DNA of 63,938 bases, filler included, from Piptocephalis cylindrospora (Eukaryota): assembly GCA_003614145.1 (NCBI GenBank). It is 3 parts of 3 records of this genome, joined end to end, with 100 filler letters (N's around TTAATTAATTAA, not from the genome) between each part and the next. Parts side by side here need not be neighbours in the genome. Positions count along the whole stretch, not along the records: positions 49,712 to 63,938 come from KZ987924.1; 2 more parts are not named here. One strand, written 5' to 3'. The notes beneath the pieces are model-generated. The model was not told the origin of the DNA. It saw nothing but the letters and a program-made list of their open reading frames with translations, and did no database searches. A program made the position numbers and the translations under genes. Positions 50,718 through 61,970 of the stretch are shown in pieces. How positions within the stretch are numbered: position 1 is the stretch's first letter; each line of letters starts with the position of its first letter.

Positions 50718-51384
50718 GTTTATTTCCCTTCCCCTTTTCACTCCCTTCCAAATTTACCCTATTTCCCCTCTTGTATACCTAGGTCCCATTGTCGCTTATA
50801 CAATGTCCTTTTCCCTTTTGAAAAGATACATTTCTTCTCACTTTCCTGATTTGGCCATTTCCCATCCCATCTACAAACAGCATGGGTATGTCGGCTTGGT
50901 CCTCTTTCCCCGTTCTTCTTTTCTTTTCTTTCCTATTTCTTCCCTTTTCTTTCTTCTTTTTTCCCTTTGCTCCCTTCCTTGGTCCTTACCCGTTCCCTTT
51001 TTTCTTTCCTTGCTTTTCCTTCTTTTTTTGCTCCCTTTCCCTTGCGTTTTTCCTTCCATGCTCTCCACGATAGACTCGTTCCTTCCCCTCTCCTAGTTTT
51101 CCCTCTTTTATTCTGGGTACATCTCTCTTTATCCTGCTACTCCCTTGTAGAGGTAAGAAGATAATCTGTATGGCCAAAAGTCGCCATGACCGTACATACA
51201 GATCATCATCCTTGTTGTGACATACAAAGAGCAAGCTAGTTAGTGTGTAGGCGTACAACGCACGATCACCCCGACCCCAGTCAAGTTTAGCCAACATTGA
51301 TACTCCGATAGCATGCACCAAACCAGGATATGGCAGGGCCCATCCTACCCCCATTCTTTCCTTCCTCAGTCCCTCATCCTCAAA

Positions 51385-52314
51385 ATGATCTCAGCCTTTG
51401 TCATCTCTTTCATCATCTCCAGCTTTGCCTACCGGAAAGGTTCATTGACTGGGCCTGGAGCGCTGACGGCCTTTGTCCTTGGATACGGTACATTTGCCTC
51501 CCCTTCGTACGTCCCCACGGCAATTCTCCTCTTCTTCTTTTTCACTTCCTCCAAGTTGACCCGAGTGGGCAAGAAGAGAAAGGAGACTTTGGAGGAATTG
51601 GAAAGCCAAAGTCATGGCCGAGATCCTGTGCAAGTGCTATGCAACGGTCTGGTCGGAACCGTGTGTGCTATGGTGTATAGCCGTCAACTGGTGAACATCC
51701 TTTCCCAGGCTTCTCTGCCCCAAAGTCCCCAGGGCCTCGTCACTCTTTCCGCCGATCCCGTCATTTCTATATCCTGGTGGGGGATGCTTGGTCATTATTG
51801 TTGCTGCTGTGCTGACACGGTAAGTGAAGGCACGCCGGGGGAATCCTCCAAGTACAATGCTCATCTACCAACCATATAGTGGGCCAGCGAATTGGGGATC
51901 CTCAGCCCTGATCCTCCCCGTATCATCACTACTTTGGCGCATGCTCCTCCAGGCACGAATGGAGCTGTCTCTTCTATGGGACTCGTGGCCTCAGTTGGGG
52001 CTGGGCTCAGTCTGGGACTAGTGGTCCTTGGGGTGGGGTGGACCGAAGGATCCCTTACCATCCCAAATCCCCTTGCATTCGTCCTTATGTGCGGGTCCTT
52101 GGGTCTTCTGGGAAGCCTAGTGGATTCCGTGCTCGGAGCCACGGTCCAAGCTACTTATCAACGCAATGACCGTATTACCCATGGTCCTGGGAAAGGGGCC
52201 AAGCTGATCATGGGGCATGCACTCCTTTCCAACAACCAAGTCAATCTTGTTTCATCCCTACTGACCTGCTTTGTGGCTGCGTGGGTGGGGCCTCAGATGG
52301 GCCTAGTGCAATAA
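51385..52314 (+). CDS. TMEM19/DUF92 membrane protein (intron 51820-51879)
   Basis: LLFFFFTSSKLT, GRDPVQVLCNG, ADT-WASELG, PPGTNGAVS, GSLVDSVLGATVQ, LSNNQVNLVS. Confidence 0.93.
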
Positions 52315-52756
52315 TATGAAAATAGTGTATTTTGATGCTATTGATCTGATATGACGACTGCTGCCCCTCCGGACTGTTCGATGCTATCTGATAGCAATAT
52401 ATGCTTGTGGTGCTTCACTTTAGGCTTTCCTGAAGGCTCGCCCTATCCTAAAGACAACGCCCAAGTTCGTCATAAGCCTTACTGTCCTTTACTTGCTTGT
52501 AGCAGTAAACAGCGAAATGTATTGGGGATCCCTAACCTGCTTGTACTACCAAGTCATATGCTGCACACTACCCTTTTCAAGACCATCATATGTCATATTT
52601 TTGAGTTTTTGTTCGTCAATATTTGCGCAAGTCATTTTTCACATAATCTGGCCTACTTAAGGAATCCGTTGTTATGATGATGGCTTGCCTAAGGAACTTT
52701 GTTCGTTTCGCTAACCCGCTTTTTCCCTCATCCCTAGAACCTCACCGTAGACAGAC

Positions 52757-53562
52757 ATGCTTCGACATAACCTGTCCTTGACGCGCTTGCCCCGGATCGC
52801 CTCAGGGCTTAGCATGTCAACCAAGGCATCCCAGGTCCGGCGTACCCCGACACCACACGTCGTGATCCAACACTTTCTCTTACCCTCGAATCCAGGGGAC
52901 GTACACCGATTGATCTCTCATGCTAAGATCCCACCGAGTGCAGTGAAACAAATCGTCTTTCAACGCGAACCCCATTTTTTGCGTCCCACAGGCAACGTCT
53001 ATGTTGAGCTAGATAGCCCCAAGAATGGGAATGCCTTATTCCAGACGTGTTGCCAAACTGTCACCTGTGGGAGAAAGCTAAAACCTCACTTTGTATGCTT
53101 GTTATGCTAGAGGTAGTGAAAATGGTCAGGTTCTCGCCCACTCATCATATGTCGAATCTTTTTAGACCGGCCATCGTCCTTTTGTAAACCTGGAACCGAT
53201 CGGGGCAGCCTTAGGAAGATCCGTTCTCCTTTCAGGCCTCCCCACTGATGTGCATCCCATGGACGTTCACGAGTTACTCCAGGATTACGATGTCGCCCAA
53301 GGCATTGAGCCTTGGCTCGTTCCACTTTCCCTGTAAGTTGGGATGATCCTGACGTAGACCACCATCTCTCACCCATATTATTCTTCCATGTAGGGTGAAA
53401 GGATCCCCGTACCATCGATTTGTGGTCAAGTTGACGGATTCCCAGGAAGCAGAGCGAGTAGTGCAGCGATTTCACCAATGGAAATGGGTGAATCTGCCCC
53501 AGAAGCATCGTAACAGCCGATCAACTTCCACTCCAGTCCTTACAGCAGAGCTTCTCTACTGA
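52757..53562 (+). CDS. Hypothetical mitochondrion-targeted protein with RRM-like segments (3 exons)
   Basis: Presequence-like MLRHNLSLTRLPR; PTGNVYVELDS; GT-AG introns at about 53093-53165 and 53333-53393; last exon RFVVKLTDSQEAERVVQRFH..AELLY. Confidence 0.65.
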
Positions 53563-53752
53563 TGCGATCCTTCGCCTCTGTAATCATCCTATAAACGCAT
53601 CAGATGAGCCAAAGTTGACAGGGAAAGGGAATGCCGGATAACAAGAAGGAAGAGATAAATAGTTCAAATCATTTTTTATGGCACCAAGCTCTTCTTGTGA
53701 CTCGATCACTCACTTTTCCATAAAAGATGACAGCGGATAATTCATTCGTACC

Positions 53753-54570
53753 CTACCTATCTTTGACCTCCCAGCTATACTCAATGCTCACTCCATCTTT
53801 GGCCTCGAGACCGGCGGTAACTGTATCCCCTGTCTGGATGGGCCCCACACCCTTTGGAGTTCCTGTGTGAAGGCGAGGGTTCGGGCTCATAGAGTGAGTA
53901 CATCAGCCCCAGTTCCATCATCCCAATTAATACTCACCAGTCAAGAGAACATCACCCCGCTCAAGGGTCATAATGGAACTGACATGCTCGATCAGCTGGG
54001 GAATATCAAAGAGCATATCCCGAGTCCATCCATCCTGCCTCGTCTCCTGGCCCACTCGTAGCCACAGGCGCACCTCTTCTGGGACTGGAACCTTCGAGGC
54101 GGGGAGGAAGGTACCAATGGGAGTGAACGTATCATAGCCCTTGGCCGCGGACCAGGGGAGACCCTTACTCTTAGCTTGAGCCTGGAGGTTCCTTGCAGTC
54201 AAGTCGATCCCCAAGGCATAGCCGGCCACATACTTCATGGCGTCCTTTGCCTGGACTTCCCTTGCCGTCTCCCCCATCACCACTCCCAACTCCACCTCGT
54301 GATGGACCTCGGCTCCCTTGGGGAGGAGGATCGTCCCATTGGCTTCCAAGTAAGAGGATGGAGGCTTGAGAAAGAAGAATGGAGCCGTAGGCACAGCATT
54401 ACCTAGTTCCTTGGCGTGCTCTCTGGCGTAGGTATGGGGGTCCAGGTCGATGAGTCTATCAAGGCAGTAGATGGCAGAGGTCGTGGGGTCACTTACGAGT
54501 AATTTCGACCAATAGCTACAATCTTGCGTCCCCACTGAGAAAACGAGGCGATAGGAAGTTTGGTGGCCAT
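53753..54570 (-). CDS. FAHD1: Fumarylacetoacetate hydrolase domain protein (FAHD1/Fmp41-like acylpyruvase), 3 exons
   Basis: KIVAIGRNY, EHAKELGN, FFLKP, HHEVELGVV, IDLTARNLQ, GLPWSAAKGYDTFTP, GDVLLTG-TPKGVGP. Confidence 0.95.
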
Positions 54571-55052
54571 GGTGGGTTGGATGCGGGTATAGATGAAAAG
54601 AAGGCTTAATCTCTTGTCAGCTTGTTAGTCATCCCATGTTGTGGGATGATAAGGCATGTTCATCTGGGCAGAAAAAGGTTTGTTCATGGATGTCAGACTC
54701 CTTTGGTGTGTGTCAAAAGCTAAAACACTCCCCACATTCAGTAGTAAACAGCGAAATGTATTGGGAATAACACCCCCCACATTCAGCGAAATGGCTTTCA
54801 CTCTGTACTCGAAAAGATGATCATAATAATAATACATGGGTATATAATACATAGGTATATATAGTGATTTGACACGATGGAATAAAGCATTTATCAGTGG
54901 CATCACCATATCACTATACAAAATATCGTATAATAGGTATATTCAGGGCATTGAGCTTATCTATTCATCACCAAGATGGTTTTGGTATAATTTTACGAAC
55001 ACTTACATAGTTTAAAGCGTCATTAAAAGACATATATTATCGTGCATAAATA

Positions 55053-55240
55053 TCCTGTAACAAATGACATCCGCCTACTCCACTGGGAAAATAAAATGAT
55101 TTTATCATCATCCTGTAACAAAGAAAAGACTTAGAGTGCTCTTGGTACCACACATGCCAGCTATATTAGCAGACACTGTGCTCGGATACCCATCTGCTTA
55201 CCCCATTAGGGGAAATAAAATGTATTTACCATCATCATTT
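55053..55240 (+). repeat. Two tandem diverged copies of the dispersed repeat core
   Basis: CGCCTACTCCACTGGGAAAATAAAATGATTTTATCATCAT (about 55072) and GCTTACCCCATTAGGGGAAATAAAATGTATTTACCATCATCAT (about 55196); TCCTGTAACAAA repeated at 55053 and 55111. Confidence 0.65.
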
Positions 55241-55878
55241 AAAGAGGTTTAGCCTAGTTCATCATTGATGAGACTTACCTAAATGGAAGATTAGCTATAA
55301 TAAATGTTTTTCCTAATGATGAGATTGTAGAAAAAGGAGCTGTCCAGCTCTAAAGATGAGGCGCTTGTAGAGGCATACACCTAAAAAGAGTCCAGTTGCC
55401 TATGGGCTAGTCACGTTCCTATTCCTGTCAAGCAATTCATCTCGTTACGATTAAGATAGATTGTGTAGGCTCACTGAAGCCAAGACGATGAACATCCCAC
55501 TGCACTACATTATATCCAGCTGCATTTTGTATCTATAACTTACATTTTGTAAGTAGAAATATATTTGAAATATTATTGTCATGAGAGCGAACCTAAACAT
55601 ACGATATCCACTGTAGGCAGGCTGATCTCCGCATGATTGTATCCAAGCCCACTTAAATTGGCCCAGTTCTTAAATAGCGGCGTACCTGCAGTTTTTGAAA
55701 TTTCGCTCTTGGCTTTAAAATTGCTGCACAGAGCCTTTGTGTACTCAAGACATCGTAAAGTATCGGCTTCTATCCTGTCATATTTCTGTCCATCTCCACC
55801 TACTTCTAGTCCTGGCCTTCCTCTTCCCTCCCCACTCATACTCCCAAACAACAATCCCTCCTCGTTATTTCATCAACC

Positions 55879-56392
55879 ATGCTCTTCTCCAGACCTTTGC
55901 TGAACGCGTATAAGAAGGCCGTAAGTATCGCTCATTATCCTCTCCTTGTCACTTCGACCCTCACATCCCTTTCTCTAGTCCACGGGTATCACTGGTCTGG
56001 CGGTCCACCCGAACCCTAGGGCCCATCTGGTGAACGTGTACAAAAGTACACTCAAGTCCCTGGAGCTTCTCCCAGCCCACTCGGCATACAGGCAGGCTAC
56101 TGAGGTCCTGACCACCCAGAGACTAGAAGTGGTGGAAAAAACGGAAGATATCTACCAAATCGAGGCCACTCTCGCCGCGGGTCAAATTGAAGAGGTGATT
56201 GCGCAGGCTGAGGATGAGGCTAAGCTCGTTCCGGAGATGGAAAAGTGGAAGGCGTAAGTGATTTCACCGAGGGGGAGGGGACGCTATATCATTTGAGCAT
56301 TCTGATTAACCTTTCCTGGTATCATTATGTATAGATGGGAGCCCTTGGAGGTGATTCCCCCCAAGGACCAGTGGAAGGGATTTAATCAGTAG
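55879..56392 (+). CDS. NDUFA5: NADH:ubiquinone oxidoreductase subunit NDUFA5 (3 exons)
   Basis: STGITGLAVHPNPR, YRQATE, GQIEEVIAQAEDE, WKA-WEPL. Confidence 0.95.
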
Positions 56393-56847
56393 TATGAAGA
56401 ACAGAGTAAAGCGAGGAGGATTGATAGGACCATTAAGGAGAGGAATGGTCGTCAAAGAGGACTAGGGTGCACTTGATAAAATGGATGGGGAGAGTATGGA
56501 TACTTTTGTCAATACATCGACCCCGCAACCAAATTTTACTTCTCGCGTGTCATTTCAGCCTAATGAGCATAATCTTTCCGCATCATGAAGCATTGTCCTC
56601 TCTTTGTAGCCAAAGGTAAACAAGGACAAAGAAATGAGTAGAAACGAATAGAAAAAAGAGCGAAAATATGCGTTAAAACGAGGAAGTAATGGAAGGGGGA
56701 AAGAGATGAAAGGTGGCTAAGAATGTAATGGAGAGGGGAGGAAGGGCACACAAGGGCTTTCCACTCCTCTTCCTGACCATGCTGGCCCCCTCATCTAATC
56801 TGACCCTCCTCTTGAACCCTTCTAGGAGGAAGGAAGAAGAGGGCAGC

Positions 56848-58377
56848 TCAGACATACCCAGCACCGGACTTGTAACTCCGTTGATCCTCCTCGTATGACA
56901 CATAACCGCCATGATAAGTGGGCAGAGAGGAAGGGGAAGAGGACCCGGAGGTCTGGCCAGAGGCAAGGGCGCTGGGGCCAAGGGTGGTGGACTTGTTGGG
57001 CACACGCACTCCCAGGATTGAGAGGAGGGCAAAGGATCGGGCTGAGGCAAAGATGGCCATGGCCGAAGTGAGAATGGCAAATGAAACGGGAGAGCTGGCA
57101 ACCTTGACCAGGGGAGGAAGATTCCCAATGGCTAGGCCTAGGTAGGAGAAGAAAGCGATCCACGCCAGATATGTGAGCTTGGAAAGGGCCCGGTAGGTCT
57201 CAGCAGACACTTTGACCGTGTCCCGTCGCTTCCGGAATTGCACTGAGTAGGCTAAGAAGATGGACCCAATAATGAGCTGGGCGATGATGGAGCCGTAGAT
57301 GACAACAAAAGATGCAGTGTTCATGGCATCTGAGGGCCTATTTTGGGTGATACGCACAGTGTGGATGCAGGTAGAGGTCGTTACCAGGAGGAAGGCCAGA
57401 CCAATGATCCCACGTAGGAGGTTAAGGTATCTGTGGGGTCGGATCTGCATGAGGACGTTCGACCACATGTACAGGATCATCTGGAAGGCCAGACTGCCAA
57501 GGTAGGAGGACCACAGTCGAAGGAGGAAAGTGGACAAGGAAATGATTCGCATGGTGAAAGTACCCATATACAGGCCAGAGGAGACGAGACCAAGAAGGAA
57601 TACACCATTACGGAGGTCTAGGGCCAGTTCCCGCTTGATGATCACGGGGACCAGGCGGTAGCAGGCATGTAGGAGAAAGATGACATTGAGGAGGAGGAAG
57701 CACAAGTTGACTGCCTGAAACTCCACATCGATGAACACATCATTCCATGGGCCCGGCTCCTGAAGTAAGGTGAACCGGGGCTTGGGGGAATTGGAGGGTC
57801 CGGATGGAGGGGGAGGAGCGTCTTGCCCAGCTTTAACAAAATCATCAAAGTCATCCGAAGCCACGAGGGCCATGGCAAGGCCCCGAACCGGACCATCTGA
57901 CTTACTGGCCTTGTGGGCCATGTATGCGGGGATGATATTGGGGTTACCCTTGAATGGGCCCTGAGACCAGGCCGGGGGCATGACCACGATCAAGGTGCGA
58001 GATCCTGGGGTGGCCGCCCCGGCTAAAGTGTCATTGTAGGCCAGGGCAGCCTGACCAAGATCGTTGAAGGTAATGCACCCAGCCATTTCTGCCTCATTCC
58101 ACACAGCATAGAGAATGGACTCTGTGTAGGCCTGCTGGAGCCCAAGGGCAGTGCCGTTGGTGGGGTCAGCGATCTCGGGGACAATTTGGCAGGTGGCCCC
58201 CGTCTGCATCACCAGTTGGATGGGGAAGCCAGAATGGGCAAAGGCAGGGGTGGTGGCCTGAAAAAGGTCCTGGGTCGGGACAGTGACAATAGTCTTTTCC
58301 CCATAGGAAAAGGAAAGGGAGGCAAGGGCAGGGGAGAAGAGGGCGAGGAGAAGAGCAAGAAGGCAGGAGACGAGCAT
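56848..58377 (-). CDS. Orphan receptor-like protein: signal peptide, about 200-aa ectodomain, about 7 TM
   Basis: MLVSCLLALLLALFSPALA; EPGPWNDVF; about seven hydrophobic segments; paralogous to the 59259 gene. Confidence 0.85.
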   Translation of the reverse strand: MLVSCLLALLLALFSPALASLSFSYGEKTIVTVPTQDLFQATTPAFAHSGFPIQLVMQTGATCQIVPEIADPTNGTALGLQQAYTESILYAVWNEAEMAGCITFNDLGQAALAYNDTLAGAATPGSRTLIVVMPPAWSQGPFKGNPNIIPAYMAHKASKSDGPVRGLAMALVASDDFDDFVKAGQDAPPPPSGPSNSPKPRFTLLQEPGPWNDVFIDVEFQAVNLCFLLLNVIFLLHACYRLVPVIIKRELALDLRNGVFLLGLVSSGLYMGTFTMRIISLSTFLLRLWSSYLGSLAFQMILYMWSNVLMQIRPHRYLNLLRGIIGLAFLLVTTSTCIHTVRITQNRPSDAMNTASFVVIYGSIIAQLIIGSIFLAYSVQFRKRRDTVKVSAETYRALSKLTYLAWIAFFSYLGLAIGNLPPLVKVASSPVSFAILTSAMAIFASARSFALLSILGVRVPNKSTTLGPSALASGQTSGSSSPSSLPTYHGGYVSYEEDQRSYKSGAGYV

Positions 58378-59258
58378 GACGTCGGTTAGATTCTCGACCG
58401 GCGAGGGAAGGGGAAGGGGGCAGCTGGAGTGGCGGGGAGGCAGGCGGAGAAATCTGTCTAGCAAGAGGAGAGGGTTGGGGGGGAAAGTCAAGGAAACGGG
58501 AGGATGTTGAGGAGGAGAAACGAGGGGGAAGGGAGAGAGAGGGAGAAAGGGAAATCCGCGTGTAAAATGAAGGAAGGTTGCGGAGAAGAAGGAGGGGAGG
58601 AAGAAAATGAGAGACGAGGATGGCAAGATGGGATGGAGGGGTGAAGAACCTGTCGTCGAAGAGTGAAATGTCGGGAATGGAAGGGTGATGAGGGAGATGG
58701 GAAGGGAAGGGAAGGAAGAAGAAATACTAGGGCCGGAGCGGCACAGGGAATGACCCAGGATCGATTTGGGAATATAGAGGTCCAATCTAGGCTCCGACCA
58801 GTACAGCGCTGACCTTTCCACTCATACAGCATCTAAAGTTTCTGACCCCGCCCAGCACAACATATTACCCAGGACCATATCAGACTCCGCCTTCTCGGAG
58901 TGTGAAATGATCAAGTCCGACACGATGACTGGGAGGAGTGGTGTTTAAAATTGAGACCTTTTGACATTGGAGCTCCGCTGAGTTCGATAAAGTGCTAAAC
59001 CACCTAAATGTGCTTCGGACCCTTTTTTTATCCCGCTTCCTCCGAATGGCTCGCTTGTGGGGAGGGAAGGTATTTCTCATCTTTATCTTTCCTTTCTTCC
59101 TTCTTCTTCTGCTTGGATTTGCCATCTCCATTCTTTCACTTCACAGTCTGTGACGCACCCACGATCCCTACAAGCCTTTCCTCCGTGAAACGCTTTCCTT
59201 TCAATTTGGATTTAAACCCCTTCCCTTCCTCCTCCCTCTCCCCGGTCTCCTCCCCACC

Positions 59259-61587
59259 ATGCCTTCCTTTCCCCTCTCCAACTCCCTCCTCCTTTCCCTT
59301 CTCCTTCTTCTCCTCCCGACTTGCCTCGCCACCCTCACTCTCACCGATTCCAACAACACCCTCCTCGCCCAGGTCGAAACTCAAAGCTTTTTTCAACTCC
59401 GCCGACCCTCCTCCGAACATTCTGGGATCCTCGTCCCCCTGCCTCTGGCTAGGCAGGGTAACGAATGTGTCTTAGGTCCCCTTCCCCCTTTGGCTAACCT
59501 CACCTCCAGTCCCCGTCGGCCAGCAAAAACCAGGGAAACCATCTTCCTTGCGGACTGGAGGGACGCATCCGAATGCGGTCTGGATACTTTGGCTCAATTG
59601 GGCCAGCTGGCCCTTCAAGCCAGCTCGGCTCTTGTCTCCCACTCCTATCCCCCACCCCTAGCCCTGATTATTCTTCTGGGCCGGCAGTACTCGGGAGTTC
59701 CGGGAAACCCACTTAGAGAGCCGTATTTGGCCCATTCCTCCAATGTTCCCGACCTCCCCCCCCATCGGAATGGACGTCCAGATCGTTGTGACCTCTCAAG
59801 TCCCTATCCTCATGGATGTCCTCCGCTCCCATGCCTTCCCCCTCAAACCCCCTTCCTCTTCCACATTTACGCCCGGCCCACCTCTCCAGGTCACCTTAAA
59901 GTCTGAGGAGGGTCCATGGAACGCCACGTTCCTCTCCCCGTCCTTCCTGGCTACTCAGTGGATCCTCTTCTCCCTTAACGCCCTCTTATGTATCTGGGCC
60001 CTGTACCAGCTGATCATAGCCATCCGAAGGAAAACATTTCCTCGGGATCTCCGAAATGCCATCTATCTCACAGGGCTCCTCGCTACTCTTCTCCTCACTT
60101 CCTTTCTTCCCCTTCCCATGGTCACGTATTCCCGGACCACCATGGAATCCCTTCACGCATTTACCACCAATGTGGCTTTTCTCCTCCTACTGCTTCTGTG
60201 GTCCCGGTTCCTCCGTCGGATCCTGCCCCAGACTGAGTACCGGCAGGTTCTGATCCTCCGGATCCTTGTGCTTCTCGGAGCTCTGACGGCCGTGTGGCAC
60301 TTGTCCATCTGCCTTATCCAAGCCAATGTCTTCCCCATTAACGGCAGACTGGACGAGTTCCGGGATGTCTCCAACATTCTAGTGCCGGCAACACAAATTC
60401 TAATTGCCTCTCAATTTCTCATATCATCTCTGCATACCCGTCGTCGGCTCCGGACTATCCAAGTCCCTCTATCAATGGACCGGGCCATGTCCCGTGTCTC
60501 CCTCTTGGCCTGGACCTTCTTTATCGCCACCCTTTTCTTTTCCATTGTCACTTCCCAATCTATTCGGGAACACCTAGGTCGACCAGCTACTTTGGCCCTA
60601 TATTGGATCATGACAATGCTACTTAACACAGCACAGAATGTCATTCTTCTGTGCGTATCGGGGATTCGGATGACTGCTGGCGGTCCTGATTCTTCATCCC
60701 CTGAAGTGCCTGGGAAAGAGTTGAGACCCACTAGGGGTGATAGCCTCGACTCGGATCGGACCCTCCAAGAAGCTTGGAAGGGGAAGGAAGAGGTGGATGA
60801 TCCCAAGGAAAAGGGTTTCCGTTTGCCCTTTGCCTGGTCTTCCAATAAGACCCCGTCGGCCCCGACCCTTACCGTCCGATTAGGCCAGTGGAAGGATATG
60901 GCGCTAAGTAAAATACCTACTCGATCACCCTTCCGATCTACCCGTCCATCCATACCCCCCACGCCTCCTTCGCCGCCGCTCGCGCCCGTAGTCCAACTCC
61001 GACGACCCACGGCCATCCTCGCCAAGATTGCCGAGGAGGATGTGGAGGGCGGGGGCCGGGGCCCCAAGGTTCGCAATGTGGATCTCTCTGCGCCATGGAG
61101 CCTTGCCGTGGCCAACGCTGCCCATGGAGGTCTTCGGAAGGATAGCTACTACGACCAGGGGCCTGAGCATGAGGAGGAGGTAGCGGCGCCCGAAGGGCAA
61201 GTCCCCATAGGAGTGATTTTGACCCGTCGACCCTCGTCCTGGGGCAGTTTAGGTAATCATCCCTTCCGCGCGGATCATCAATGGGATTCCGATGAGGAGG
61301 AGGATGAAGTGGCGGAAGAAGGGTATGATCCATACGCAGGAAACTCCAGTGAAACCCTGCGAAAGGACAGCGAAATATGCGTAAGTGAGGGTCGGGATGT
61401 GCGATGGAGTAAGATTAGCGCCTTGAAGGTCTCCCACCTCGGAGGCCGTCGGCTCTCTGGAGAGACGGGGCTGGAGGGGGTAGAAGAGGAGGGAGTTGTC
61501 TCCGCGACCGGCAATGATCAGTTGGACGATGTATCCGGTGGATGGGGATCCCGTCGACGTAGTAGCGCCTTCCTACGTCGTGTATAA
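59259..61587 (+). CDS. Paralogous orphan receptor-like protein with a long C-tail; frameshift at C8 59756-59763
   Basis: Signal peptide; GNPLREPYLAH in the first frame, EEGPWNATF and the TM region in the next frame; colinear with the 56848-58377 protein. Confidence 0.8.
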
Positions 61588-61970
61588 AGGAGGTGGCATG
61601 CTGTTTCTTGTTGCGCCATTTCCCCCTTCCTCTCCCTTATTGGGATTGTGCAAGGTTATACACCTAGAGAATATGATTCACACTTTTAAGCTCAGCTAAA
61701 CTACTGTAGGGGTCATTTCTTGGAACGATTACTCATTATGTTAATAAGACAATAAGATTATCTCGAATCCCGCTCACTCGGGAAGGCTTAGGAGAAATGT
61801 AGGCTCGCAAAAGATACGTAAAATCATATTGACTGATCCTCAGATCTGAGATTGGAAGAGGAAATCCATGGGAAGACATACCCACTGATTGTTCACTTGC
61901 CCCGCCAACACACAGCACAAACATAAACTCCAGCTCTATCCTACACACAGCTCTTTGCTTCTGAGATGCG

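Noticed and set aside
50530..51354. Phe/Leu-rich and Lys/Arg-rich ORFs
   Set aside because: Translations of a pyrimidine-rich 3' UTR tract.
31320..55240. Repeat copies as a CRISPR-like array
   Set aside because: Copies are dispersed and diverged with no regular spacers, in a eukaryotic context without cas genes.
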